NCBI GenBank assembly: GCA_973895155.1
Contig: OZ316893.1
Span: 3,516,490-3,580,489 of the forward strand
DNA: 64,000 bases
Direction: 5' to 3'
Source: Marsupella aquatica
Lineage: Eukaryota > Plantae > Marchantiophyta
Below, piece after piece: positions 1-10,950 of the stretch. A program made the translations under genes and the position numbers. How positions within the stretch are numbered: position 1 is the first letter of the stretch; each line of letters opens with the position of its first letter. The notes under the pieces are model-generated. The model was not told where the DNA came from and ran no database searches. It saw only the letters and a program-made list of their open reading frames with translations.

Positions 1-217
1 CAAGAACGACCACGCACTAACCCAGGTAAAAGGGAAACTTAACCATGGTTAAGGGGAAATTAACCATTGTTTATAGCGTCTCCTATATAAAGAGGAGCGG
101 GCTGCCCATAAAACGTTTGCTTTCGCCAGAGCAAATATCTCCTGATTGAGAGCGAATACCAAACTCCCATCAAGTCTTACATTCCTCCCAAGCGATTCGA
201 CTCTTTCTACCGAAAAC

Positions 218-554
218 CCGACAAATTTATCGGAACAGCCATTCCTGTTCAAGTTCTCCATGTAAGACTAACTAGTCATTTAGTGTAAAATGTCCAGATC
301 CGAGCGGACTGCGATAAATTTATCGCATTTTGCATTCCTCTGTTGCAATCATTTAATCCAGTGTGTTTAGAGAGGTGTTGCCTTCATTCCGATAAATTTA
401 TCGGAGTCTCCATTCCTTTCATGGAAAGAGGAGTAATTGAGAATCCGATAAATTTATCGGAGTTGTCATTTTTGTGAAAGATTGAATTCAGGGCTTAGGT
501 GTCTGAGGAAGTCATATTTTCAATTCGAATGCGGAGTGCGATAAACTTATCGCA
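218..554. promoter_or_regulatory. Cluster of five palindromic CGATAAATTTATCG-type sites
   Basis: Copies at 218-233, 310-327 (perfect 18-bp TGCGATAAATTTATCGCA), 388-405, 444-461 and 537-554. Confidence 0.7.
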
Positions 555-686
555 TCCTCCTGTGAGAATCATTTTCCTTTGTTTTGTTTGGAGACTCATC
601 TTCATCTCTGATGTCGCAGTGTTGCCGGGTTTAGGAGGCACAACGGAAGGTCGATTGCACTCCGTGGACAACAGGTATTGTGACAA

Positions 687-1016
687 ATGGCTGTCTTCCT
701 TGAAAATTGTGTCAAACGTGCACGCCTATTGTACAAGAGACTTGTGCGACTCAAAGTTCTCCCCATCGGTATAGGAGCATTGTGGATGGGTGGTACTGAT
801 CCTAGAGATAGGCAGAATCCTCTCCGCATTGAATTATGCGGAATGAATGATGCAAGAGTTCCAATTTGTTCGAGGTTGATGTTAACGGCGTGTTTACATT
901 CTTTGGAGTTTTCTTGTAACTATTGTTGTCGTCGTCTTGACAACAAGTACCACAAACAGGCTCACTTCTGTTGTAAGATTTGGAACGAAGACCCTTGGGT
1001 GAACCTTTCACGATGA
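687..1016 (+). CDS. Small Cys/His-rich hypothetical protein
   Basis: 109-aa ATG ORF with CNYCC and HFCC clusters, co-oriented with the other cargo ORFs. Confidence 0.25.
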   Translation: MAVFLENCVKRARLLYKRLVRLKVLPIGIGALWMGGTDPRDRQNPLRIELCGMNDARVPICSRLMLTACLHSLEFSCNYCCRRLDNKYHKQAHFCCKIWNEDPWVNLSR

Positions 1017-1291
1017 GTGTTTCGACCTTTTCATTGAGGTGCATCTTGGAAGGACATATTTAAATAAACAAGTCCTACCCTTGCGCAGTGAATATAATAC
1101 GTCACGAGTCCTAATCGTTAAACTGTCGTGCAGGGTTGGTACTGTGGATGTGTTCGGTTACACCTGGTGATTGAAGGTATTTTTATTGGTGGTTTTGGTA
1201 GCTCTGCTTCATGGCTGCATTGGAGAATCTAATCGTTGCAAAGATGGGATCCGTTTTAGCCCACGAGCGTAGAAAATATATTTGAGGAAAA

Positions 1292-1759
1292 GTGCCCGAT
1301 GTGGAATGCGAAAGTTTGTTGAATGGACTTCCCGATGAACTCGTTGAATCTCACATTTGGCCCCTCCTAGCCTTGTCTTGCACACAAGATGAACACCTTG
1401 GCCTTGACCTAAAACTTCTACCAGAAGAACGACTGACTCGAATGAGAACAATCATTTGTCTTGGAGCCACCTCGAAGAAATGGAACCATCTTGTTGTTGG
1501 TACACGATTTTGGGCGCTATTGAAATATGCAGTCCGTGAGATCAATGACATAAACAAAATGCTCGCAAGCATTCCTAATGCCGACCTTCTCTCAAACCTA
1601 CATATTGCTAGGGTCTTCCGAGAGGAAACTCATTTCCTCCCTCCCATAGATATGCTTGGGTGCTTTTCGTATGAGCAGTTAGATCAGTTTCGTAGAGTTT
1701 GGATAAATCTTGGAGAAAGCGGGAAGCGGACAATTCTTGCATGGCATGGACGAGTCTGA
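1292..1759 (+). CDS. F-box-like protein (transposon cargo)
   Basis: N-terminal LLNGLPDELVESHIWPLL...RTIICLGATSKKWNHLV resembles the plant F-box consensus (LPDEL...I...L.....V.K.W..L). The start codon is uncertain. Confidence 0.55.
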   Translation: MPDVECESLLNGLPDELVESHIWPLLALSCTQDEHLGLDLKLLPEERLTRMRTIICLGATSKKWNHLVVGTRFWALLKYAVREINDINKMLASIPNADLLSNLHIARVFREETHFLPPIDMLGCFSYEQLDQFRRVWINLGESGKRTILAWHGRV

Positions 1760-2051
1760 GTGGATGAGGCATTGCAGCGAACATCCGATAAATTTATCGC
1801 ACTCCTCATTCCTCTAGTCGATTTTGGGTGCTTGTAAAGAAACACTTTGAATATAATTGACTCTGCCTCCCCTGACTTCGGGTTGTGTGGTCCAGAGTGT
1901 ATTTTTTTGTGCCTCTTCGGACGATTAGCTGAGAAGTGCATTGGCAGTACAGCCCGTTATACAAGGTACTATAAAGTTGGATGAAACTTGTAGAATTGTA
2001 ATTAGTATGTTCTCCAAAATTTATTCCTGATTTCTATTCGGTGATCAGGCC

Positions 2052-2531
2052 ATGCTCGAGCGACGCATTTTTGTACCCTTCTCGGATCCTCCAGAATGGG
2101 GGAATGGAGCCATGCTGGACCAGCTAAGGAGGCTCGATGAGTCACTAATTTTAAAGATATGCAGGCTGGTAGTAAAACTGTTTTACCATAACACATTTCA
2201 CTTCTACGTAGATCAGGTAGGGGGAGAAATTTATATTCGGTGGGATAGATATGTTGGATTTTCTAGAAGAGTTATCCTACTCTTTCTGAAAACCGGTGCA
2301 GTAAGACGTTTTATACTCCACTGCTGTCATGTTGTGAAGGGCAATCCTGCTTATGAGCCAGAATTCTATGCCGACAACAGACGTAGAGCATTCGATGAGA
2401 TTCAGGATGTGATTGACGAGCTGGACAATCCTCTTGCCACCGAGTTTTTTATTGACACTGGTGGGAAACTATATTCATACAAGATTCGTCAACTCCCCCC
2501 CCCCAGCCGGTCTGTGGGCTCTTTAACTTGA
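2052..2531 (+). CDS. Hypothetical 159-aa protein inside the transposon
   Basis: Intact ATG-started ORF with globular-looking composition, co-oriented with neighbouring cargo ORFs. No family recognised. Confidence 0.4.
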   Translation: MLERRIFVPFSDPPEWGNGAMLDQLRRLDESLILKICRLVVKLFYHNTFHFYVDQVGGEIYIRWDRYVGFSRRVILLFLKTGAVRRFILHCCHVVKGNPAYEPEFYADNRRRAFDEIQDVIDELDNPLATEFFIDTGGKLYSYKIRQLPPPSRSVGSLT

Positions 2532-2767
2532 TCTATGTAAGTTGCCTGTGGACGAACGTCCTTGCCAATGGTGAGATCTGTCCATGCTGCACAAATGCTT
2601 GTTGTGACATTCCGTCACGCCGGTATTCAGTAGCAGTAGTGAATCCTGAGACTGGTGAAGTTGATTTCCATTGGCTGTGGGCTTATGATCATCGCGTCAC
2701 TCATATTCCCCAATGGCCCAAGAAGCGGATCGAACGCTTCGCTCTGGCGAGGTTCAACTATGATTAG
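2528..2767 (+). CDS. Small Cys-rich hypothetical protein (CPCCxxxCC)
   Basis: 79-aa ORF overlapping the stop of the previous ORF, with a Cys cluster. Non-ATG start, so it may be an exon. Confidence 0.25.
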   Translation: MIYVSCLWTNVLANGEICPCCTNACCDIPSRRYSVAVVNPETGEVDFHWLWAYDHRVTHIPQWPKKRIERFALARFNYD

Positions 2768-2805
2768 GGTTTAGGTTTAGGGGTTAAGGTTTTGGATTTA
2801 GGGTT
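2764..2805 (+). repeat. Degenerate plant telomere-like (TTTAGGG) tract
   Basis: ttagggtttaggtttaggggttaaggttttggatttagggtt. Confidence 0.55.
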
Positions 2806-2987
2806 CCGTAGCTGATTCTTTGACTTGTACACTCGGCCATCAATTTAAAGAAGGCTCACTTTTGCGATAATTTTATCGGTCTCTTTGTCCTTGTGTGATG
2901 AGATGTCGTGTCCACATGTGCTGTGAGATTGGCGGCGATAATTTTATCGCTCTTTGCATTGGAATTTGTTTATTTGCAGACTTTTCC

Positions 2988-5900
2988 ATGGCTGCTAGTG
3001 GAAAGAGTGGATCTGCTGAGGCAGAAAGTCTCATGACAAGCCTCACCAATGCAATTTGGACAAGTGAAGACATTTGTGAAGAGGTCAAGTGTATCAAGAA
3101 GTCATGGTACTTCCGTGACGCCAGATTACAGTCCACGGGTTTCGAAGACTGTGCTACCCCAATCCTTTGGGTCCAGTTGCAAAAATTGGCGAAGGTTAAT
3201 GTTTCGTATGGCCCTGTCACTGCTGTTGCCGTCGTCGAGTTCATGGTTGGCCACGGGGAGGGAAAAGTGTTGACAGAGGGCCTTAGTTTCTTGACAATGT
3301 GTGGGCGCAAGGGTTTCACATCTCTCATTGTTACTCTCGATAACTTTGATGAGAAATCGATGGACAGTTATCCAGAAGATCCCCTTGTTGCCGATGTTTG
3401 GGCAGCAAGAGAGATGAATGTTATGGGTTCAGCTTGGATCGGCCAGTATGTGCAAGATTGTGATGCCATCATGCTTCCAAGGGTGAACGCAGAGTACAAG
3501 AGACTTGTGGGTGAAGAGTTCAAACCTGTCCGCAAAATTGTTTTCAAGAAACCAGGTTCAAGTGGCAGCGGTGGTTCTAATGCCGATAAAATATCGGGGC
3601 GGAAAGAACCATTGCAATCCTCTACACATATTGACGTGGACGAACCTACAACTTCTGGTCGGGTTTCGGGAAGTGGAAAAGGGAAAGGGAGAGGTAGCGG
3701 CAGGGGAGATGCCGCGGGAACTTCTGACGGTGGGAAGAAGAGCCAGGAAATTGGCGGTAGTGGGAGAGGCCGGGGCAACCGTCGAGGACCATCCGTTAAA
3801 CCAAGCGAAAGTAAAGGATCCGAGGGATCCGGGCCATCTGGTTCTGGACTTAGCACAAAGAGGAAGAGGACTGGTTGGACTGAGACGGTGGCTGCAGAAG
3901 TAGATAGAGCTCCATCAATTCCATCAGTTCCAGTCGTGGTTCCTGCGGCGCCATTGGTAAGTACTACATCGTTGTACTGTTTAACAAACACGAAATCCGA
4001 TAAAAATCTCGCTATTTATTTCCTGAATTACGGATTGTGGAGTTATGTTGAACAAATGCGAACTCCGATAAAAATCTCACAATTTCTTTCCTTAATTGAA
4101 TTTGCAATGCTTTTGTAGGCTGATCAGGAGGAGGAGACGGCTATTTCGATGTATGAGATGGACGCGATCAAGGCAGAGCTTAGTCTTCTGATGCAACGAA
4201 GGGTGCAAAGGACAACTATGCTTCTGCATGTCGACAATCTCATATTTGATGAGGAGGGGGATTTGACAACTTTGATTAGACCAGTGGATAGATTGCATGT
4301 GGAAAATATCAAGATACTTCTCATGAAAAACCCCACCAACTTCAGTGCCCCGTTTGTGCTGTGTGTGGATCCGAAGGATTGTCCCACAACCACAGATTGG
4401 GACATCCTGAAGTCAAGGGTATGGAAGTATAGAGTTATTGGAGGGAATCATGGTGCTCGGGCAAAGTCCGAGTTGTTTAAAATGTACGAGAAGCAAATAT
4501 ATGGTGAGCTGGAAGCTTGGGTTTACGCTGGGCTTACGAGATCCGAGGTCCGAAAGTTAGGCTTCCAGCATAACTATGACCAGGAGTATCGGAAGAACAT
4601 GACTAAAATTGACCAAGTTCGCGCTTGTCACAATATTTTCCTTGAAATGGGTGTGGGCTCGACTAAAGATGTCCGCGAAGCATGTTGTCAAGAATGCATG
4701 ATGGAGTACACGCCAGGAGTTTGTGACTCCATGGCCAAACATGATCCGGCTTTCCAAATTGCTTTCCGAACAGGTGAAATTTGGGATCTTGAGGAGCAGA
4801 TTTTCCAGATGTGGGAGAAAGGTATTGTCTTAGGACAACCCAAAAAAATTGTGGCAATGACGAACGCAAAGGGAAAGGTAAAACCTTTGACGGTAAGGGA
4901 GATTAAAATGAATAAACTTGCTGGTGACCTCAACTTAAATTCATTTCGAGGTCTCCAAGGACTGTCAAATAAGGAGCATGTCAAGCGTCTCTTGAATAGG
5001 GTTATCGGGAAGGTGATCACTTTGGATCAAATGCACAAGGAAGGTGAGAAGTTGAAAAAGCTTGCCAAGGTGAAGAAACTATTTTTGCAGATATCTGGTC
5101 AGCCAGATTGGGCAACATGCAGAGACATGTTTCCCAACAAAACAGATGTCTCGGTCCTTGGCATATGGGCGGAGAAATTGAGTGACGCGGTAAGCATTCC
5201 TCTCACAACATGCTCTATCGCGAGATTTTTATTGGCTTTAGCATTCCTTTGTTGGTTTCTAAGCGATTGCATCTATCAGCTAGCGTGCTCCATCGCGAGA
5301 TTTTTATCGGCTTTAGCATTCCTTTGTTGGTTTCTAAGCGATTCCATCTGTTGGCTAGCGTGCTCCATCACGAGATTTTTATCGGCTTTAGCATTCATCT
5401 CACGCTATTCTAACTGTAGATGTGTCTGACATTCTTACAGTTGAAGATTAATTCAAAAAGGAAAAGCAAAGTGGTTCCGGTTGTCACTTATAATTCTGCG
5501 GGGGAGGTTATTGTTCCCTCAGCTAAAATCCCTTATGTGTTTAAGAATTTTGTGCTTGCTGCAATCGATAAGTACAATCGGCTGAGGTCCTTAGGCGAGG
5601 ACACAGCAGAAGCGTTTGAACAAACATGGAAAAATGCAGACGGGGATTCTTTTCCCTACTATCTCCATGTTGGTGATGTTCGAATTTTGGATTCTTTTGT
5701 TCAGCCAAGGGCTTACACCCTTGCGGTTGCGGATATTCCGTATGGTTTTAATGCTCCTGGTTCGGAGTTTGATGAAGTGGCCTTCACAGAAAAGGACGTT
5801 TTAGACATGTTGACAAGTTTCTCAAAGATGACGACCGCTAAGCAGTGGAGGTTTGTTGTGATCCATTCACTACAACAAACGCATATGGTGATGTCTGCAC

Positions 5901-6553
5901 TGGAGAGTGTATGCAACTGTGGGGTCGAGGCTGGAATCTGGGAGAAGACTAACATTCATGAGCGTCCCGCTGGAGCTCGATTGGCGTGGGGTTTTGAGAA
6001 CTGGTCGATAGGTTTCTATAGCAAGGAAGGCATTCGGAACATGAACATGTACAATTTCCAACCGGATGAGTCTCGCGTCAATATCATCAAGGTTCCATGT
6101 GTAACCAAGAAGTCCGTTGATCCGTTGGGATTTGTTGTGAACCCATATTAGAAGCCTGTTGGTTTAGGGGCTTGGTTTGTTTCCCATTTCTCTGAGAAAG
6201 AGGATTGGGTTATTGATCTTTGTTGTGGAACCGGATCGACATTAGCTGCTACACTCCTCAATTCTCGCCAGGGTTGTGCTATTGATAAGAGTTCTGCGCA
6301 GATTGGTTTTGTAAAATCCCGGATCATGATTCTGGAGTCAAACTGGAATTTATATGAAGAATCCCAGATTGAAGGGCACGGCGTTGAAGGTCATGAGATT
6401 CAACCACCAATTGCAGGCCAATTGGGTGTACTCGGGACATCGACTTACGTAGTTGAGGTCGTGAAGGAGACCGAAGAGGAACAAGAAGAAACTGAGGAAG
6501 AGTCTCCCAGAACACCAAATGAGGATGATCTCAACGACATGTTATTAGATTAG
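2988..6553 (+). pseudogene. ParB/Srx-like domain fused to beta-class N6-adenine/N4-cytosine DNA methyltransferase, ~1050 aa, 3 exons (2988-3956, 4119-5189, 5441-6553), single in-frame TAG at 6149-6151
   Basis: Two phase-0 GT-AG introns. Exon 2 has LIRPVD..HV..I...YRVIGGNHGARA (ParB-like). Exon 3 has GDVRIL, LAVADIPYG (motif IV), NPY*KP (HPxQKP-like) and, read through the stop, WVIDLCCGTGSTLAATLLNSRQGCAID (motif I, SAM binding), in frame with ORF 6326-6553. Confidence 0.85.
5211..5395. repeat. 75-bp tandem repeat (~2.5 copies) in MTase intron 2, each unit with a motif variant (CGAGATTTTTATCG consensus)
   Basis: Units start at 5211, 5286 and 5361. Confidence 0.9.
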
Positions 6554-6881
6554 TTGCGTGTGCTCGTTAGGATAATGTCAATCACCAATGAAGTTGTCAA
6601 TAAATTTATCGACTTCTGTATTCCATGAGGAAGAACCTTTGTCACATTTATTAATGTGATAAATTTATCGGACTTTGCATATATCGGACTGTCGCGGTGT
6701 TCCTGTTGGGGGAATGGAGTTGTCGATAATCTTATCGGACAGCATTGTATTCTCTAACTGGTTTGTCATTGCAATTATTTAAAAAAAAAGATATCATTAT
6801 AGCTGCAGAGTACATAGTCCCAGAACGATAACCACTGTACATATTCATGGGAACGATAACCATTATAACTTAAACCTGAAA

Positions 6882-9800
6882 CTAGCTTCGACTATCAACG
6901 ACTATAGTCTCCATTGCATTTTGAATGATTCGTCTTGTTTGTATAGGGAGAGTACTATTTGCCAATAACGCAAAGTTATACGCATAAACGGCAGTTTCTG
7001 ATAGGGACAATTCATCCTCCAGTACTTTGCTAGACGAAGCCTCTTTCTCCGGATAATATCTGCCTTCAATTGCAGACTCTTCCTCCGAATCCATTGCATA
7101 CCAAGTGATTTTAATCCGCTCCGGGATGTCGTTAATTCTTGTGAGAATCTCAGTCACTTTTGCCATCCAGAATGGTCTTCCCTTGGGATCCTGATGGGCT
7201 GCTACACATATCATTGCAAATTTAGTATTCACCTCTAGATCCTTGAAGTCTCCAATTTCCGTGACTTTTCTTTGACTTCCGGAATACATGACTGTCCTCA
7301 CACCCGCTACTTTATCAACCAAGCTAGGTTCCATTGCTACTTCCGTAGGATTACTCGGAAGTTCTCTCTGTACGTTTACCTTGGGCCAACTCCAATCAAA
7401 ACTCCATTGTGCAGGTTTTAGGTGGTGCTGAATCACTTCTTTTTGTTTGTCAAAAAAACGACCCCACCATAGATGATCTGCGTCGTCAAAGTAATTGAAT
7501 CCATCTTCAATTGCTCTTCGATATTTTTGAAGAGTTGACAAATAACTTTGAGCCGCCCGCTCATCTTGTTCCTCAGCATCATTCTCTTGCTCTTCATTGT
7601 CTCCTGTCGCTCCCGTGGCCGACTTCAATGCCATTTGTGGTGCAACCCACATTCCAGATGATGGAATGTACCGAACAAAATCCACCGTCTCCCCCCAATC
7701 GATTGTCGTTGAAAGATGTTTGGCATGGAATACGGACCGAACACTTCCATCTTCGAGTACTCTAGTAATCCGAAATTGTTTTTGAGCACTTATGCCGTGG
7801 AGAGTACGTAGAACCTGACCATCCATATCCTTGTCATTTGCTTGATCCTTGTCTGACACAAATTTCTTGAAATCGGCAACCTCGTCGACAAAAAATATCT
7901 TTGCCGTAGGATTGTAGGATTCCTCTATGATTGCTGAAAGAGTGTCCAACCGGAAAGCTTTCCGCTTGTTCAATTTTGAAAAAACTTGCTAAACATTTGA
8001 TCAATTTGATCATGGGTGTGCCCCACCAATAGGAAACCAACCTTTATTTTCTGGAAAACACCTATCTCCACCAACATATTCAAATATGCCATAAGATATT
8101 TATTCTTGTTTTCCCGAGCTGTGTTATCAAGCTGGAGGTAAAGCACTGGAGGGAGCAGACCTTCCCAGGTATTCAGAATATGCTGGATAACGTGGATGGT
8201 CAGGTTGCTATCATTGTGAATATTTGGATAGTTCAAAAAAACATTTGAACTTAATTGTTTGTTGAAGATCAAACAACCCACTACGTGTACGGGGATGAAA
8301 TACTTTTCATCCATATTCTTCGGACACCGAATGAAATGAGGTAACTCTGTCTTCTTTTGATCCATTCCATCAATACAGATGCCCAAATATTTCTCCGGAC
8401 TCTTGTAACATTTGCTTCGGTGCTTTGCTAACTTCTCCCTCTCGATTGCTTGTGCCTTCTGATGCTCATTTAGCAATGTTGAGAATTTTCCTACAATAAT
8501 AAAAATGTTTAGGACAAAACATGGTAACCGCAATGTTGAACCCTGACAGCGATAAATTTATCGGGTTCAGTATTCAAACACGAGACCGTAATGATAAACC
8601 CTGACAACGATAAATTTATCGGGTTCAGTATTCAAACACAAGATCGTAATGAAAAACTGTGACAACGATAAATTTATCAGGTTCAGTATTCAAATTGTTC
8701 AAACGATATATTCACTCACATGGCCAAAGAAGAAGCACATGAATACTCAACCCGATAAAATTATCGGGAGTAACACACAGGTTTAGAAACTTACTTTTTT
8801 CTGCTTCGAGTGTTGCCTTGTCACGTAGTGCTTTGAATTCAGTACACGGGGCGCAGGTGGAGAAACGGCTCCTTTTGGGGATGCGCACGCAAGGAAACTC
8901 CTTGTTCCAAATGCAAACAAACCACGAATATGTCATGCCTTGTTCTTGGCGCATTAGAGTTTCGGACTGGAAGGCATCAAAAACTTCTGTTTTTGTCCAA
9001 TTGTCAGGTAAATGAAAGATATCCTTGTTGGGGAGACTCTCGACATTTGTGGAAAAAAAATCATCCAGCCATTGGACGAGACCAAGATGTGCGGGTGATT
9101 TTTCTCGACAAACTGTACCGATCTGTATCCGAGAAAACATGTTCTGCGAGATTTTTTGGAGATGATTATTTCCCAGTGAAAATAATTTCTTAAAACCACT
9201 TCGACAAAAGGATCTACCGCTAACTGAGTAACCACTTGCACCAGCATGCCCACCATTCACACATCCTCTTAGAAGGACGTTCTTCTCTGGGTAGGATAGC
9301 CCATAGTAATAAGTGCATTGTTTTGTCACGGCTAGCAGACCCAAATTCCGCAGATAGTAATTATCACAACATGAATACTTATGAATTTCTCTCATTTTGT
9401 TTCTATTCAATTTGTCATTTATCACATTGTCTTTCCTAGTAATTCGGTCCCTATCTTTTTTACTAGGCTCATTTGACTTCTCTACAACCTGAAATCCGTT
9501 CATAACATTGGCATTTTCGGGTCCTTCAGGTGCCTCGCGAATAGATGCATCACTCTTTGCTGAGCTACCATCCTCTATAGATCTCCTTGACGCATTTAGA
9601 GGGGCACTGAATAGACGACTATAGCTATTCTCTTCGACAGCTCCTTCTAAACATTCAGACACAGCTTGTGCTATTATATCGGATTCTCTATCTCCTTCCT
9701 CATCTTCGTCCTCCGATGCACTCGACTCATCTGAAAACACAATTGGACTCCATGGCTCTCTATACATAACCCGAACGCCACTAAGACCTCTCCTCGATAC

Positions 9801-10472
9801 TTGGAGCCTGGAACCAATGACAGTCCGCCCTTGAGAACTTGGAGATTCTGGATTCGCACGTGCAGTCCCAACGACTCCGCGAGCTGCTGGAAAATTGAGC
9901 ACTTGTTCACCACGATTCCCACGGACCATTCGAGAAAGGGCCGAGTCTGGACTTCGCAGTCCGATTCCCTCGCTTGTTCGCACATCCAGTCCAGGCAATG
10001 CAAAGACCGATCGCCGTATCGGTCTTTGTATTTCTGTGTCCCGATCCTCACCCGGAGACTGAAAGATCCGTCGTTGAACTTGTGTTGAATGTGGCGACTT
10101 GAATGCCGACTGTGATACGCGTATCGGTTGCCTGATACCCTCTCCATAACCCGGGATGGATGGCCTGAAGCGACGTCTCGGACCTAAACCTGGGATTGAA
10201 AGTTTCTCATTTCTTGGCGATGGAACGCTCAAGAGACGACGCTTCTCAGGTTTACTAGGCGACACATAGTAAGCACTGGGCTCAGGACCAGAACTTGCAT
10301 CAGAATCTGAGTCAGAGATTTCGGGCACTATTTGCTGTGAGAGAGGTAGAGCTTTAAGTATGCGACTTGGCAAACAGCGAGCGACAAGATTAGGAGAGGA
10401 TTCAACTGAACTGGAAGGTGAATCTGTGTCTGATTGAGACATGGCTATCCGAGACACTATGGGGCTTTGCAT
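6882..10472 (-). pseudogene. DDE transposase, Sola1-like/DUF7869-type, ~1095 aa, 2 exons (10472-8795, 8490-6882), one frameshift at ~7975-7985
   Basis: Motifs YSVSGRSFCRSGF, WNKEFPCVRIPKRSRFSTCAPC, CIDGMDQKKTELPHF, LPPVLYLQLDNTARENKN, FLLVGHTHDQIDQMFS. The GT-AG intron 8794-8491 joins EAEK-R-KFSTLL in phase. The frameshift lies in a T run. The N-terminus is long and Ser/Arg-rich; the C-terminus has a PFWMAKV...ITWY module. Confidence 0.85.
8538..8695. repeat. 58-bp tandem repeat (~3 copies) in the transposase intron, each unit with CGATAAATTTATC
   Basis: Motif starts at 8550, 8608 and 8666. Confidence 0.9.
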
Positions 10473-10726
10473 TCCTCCCACAATCAGGGAAAACGAAAGG
10501 CTCAACGGACAGAATGTTGCTCCAAGAACACAACTTCCAAAACTCTACTCTCGATAATGACGCCAAAAACTTATCGGCGGTGGCCCTTTTATAGTGTCTG
10601 TTGAGGGGTTGGCCCACGTGTCCACTTTTGATTGGCTGTCACCCTCAACGACAAAATAGCAGAAAATGGTATATTTCTTGGATTTCCAATTTCATTCTCA
10701 CACGTGCATCGTGGCAAAATTATATA

Positions 10727-10950
10727 GTTTTGAAATTGAAGCGATAAATTTATCTGATGTTGGTATTGCAAAAGTGGTTCCTTCATATGGAAGTTACAAT
10801 TTGAAATTGAAGCGATAAATTTATCTGATGTTGGTATTGCAAAAGTGGTTCCTTCATATGGAAGTTGCAATTTTGAAATTGAAGCGATAAATTTATCTAA
10901 TGTTGGTATTGGGAAGAGTTTTCTTCATATGGATAGGAATTTTGAAATTT
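10727..10950. repeat. 71-72-bp tandem repeat (3 copies) upstream of the transposase, each unit with GCGATAAATTTATC
   Basis: Motif starts at 10741, 10812 and 10884. Confidence 0.9.

Noticed and set aside
5190-5429. Hydrophobic repeated C-terminus (SIARFLxALAFLCWF) of ORF 4149-5429 as transmembrane segments
   Set aside because: It is read-through into intron 2, which consists of a 75-bp tandem repeat.
2988-6553. Bacterial or phage contamination, or a restriction-modification system
   Set aside because: The gene has in-phase spliceosomal GT-AG introns, sits next to a eukaryotic transposase and plant TEs, and no cognate restriction nuclease was seen.
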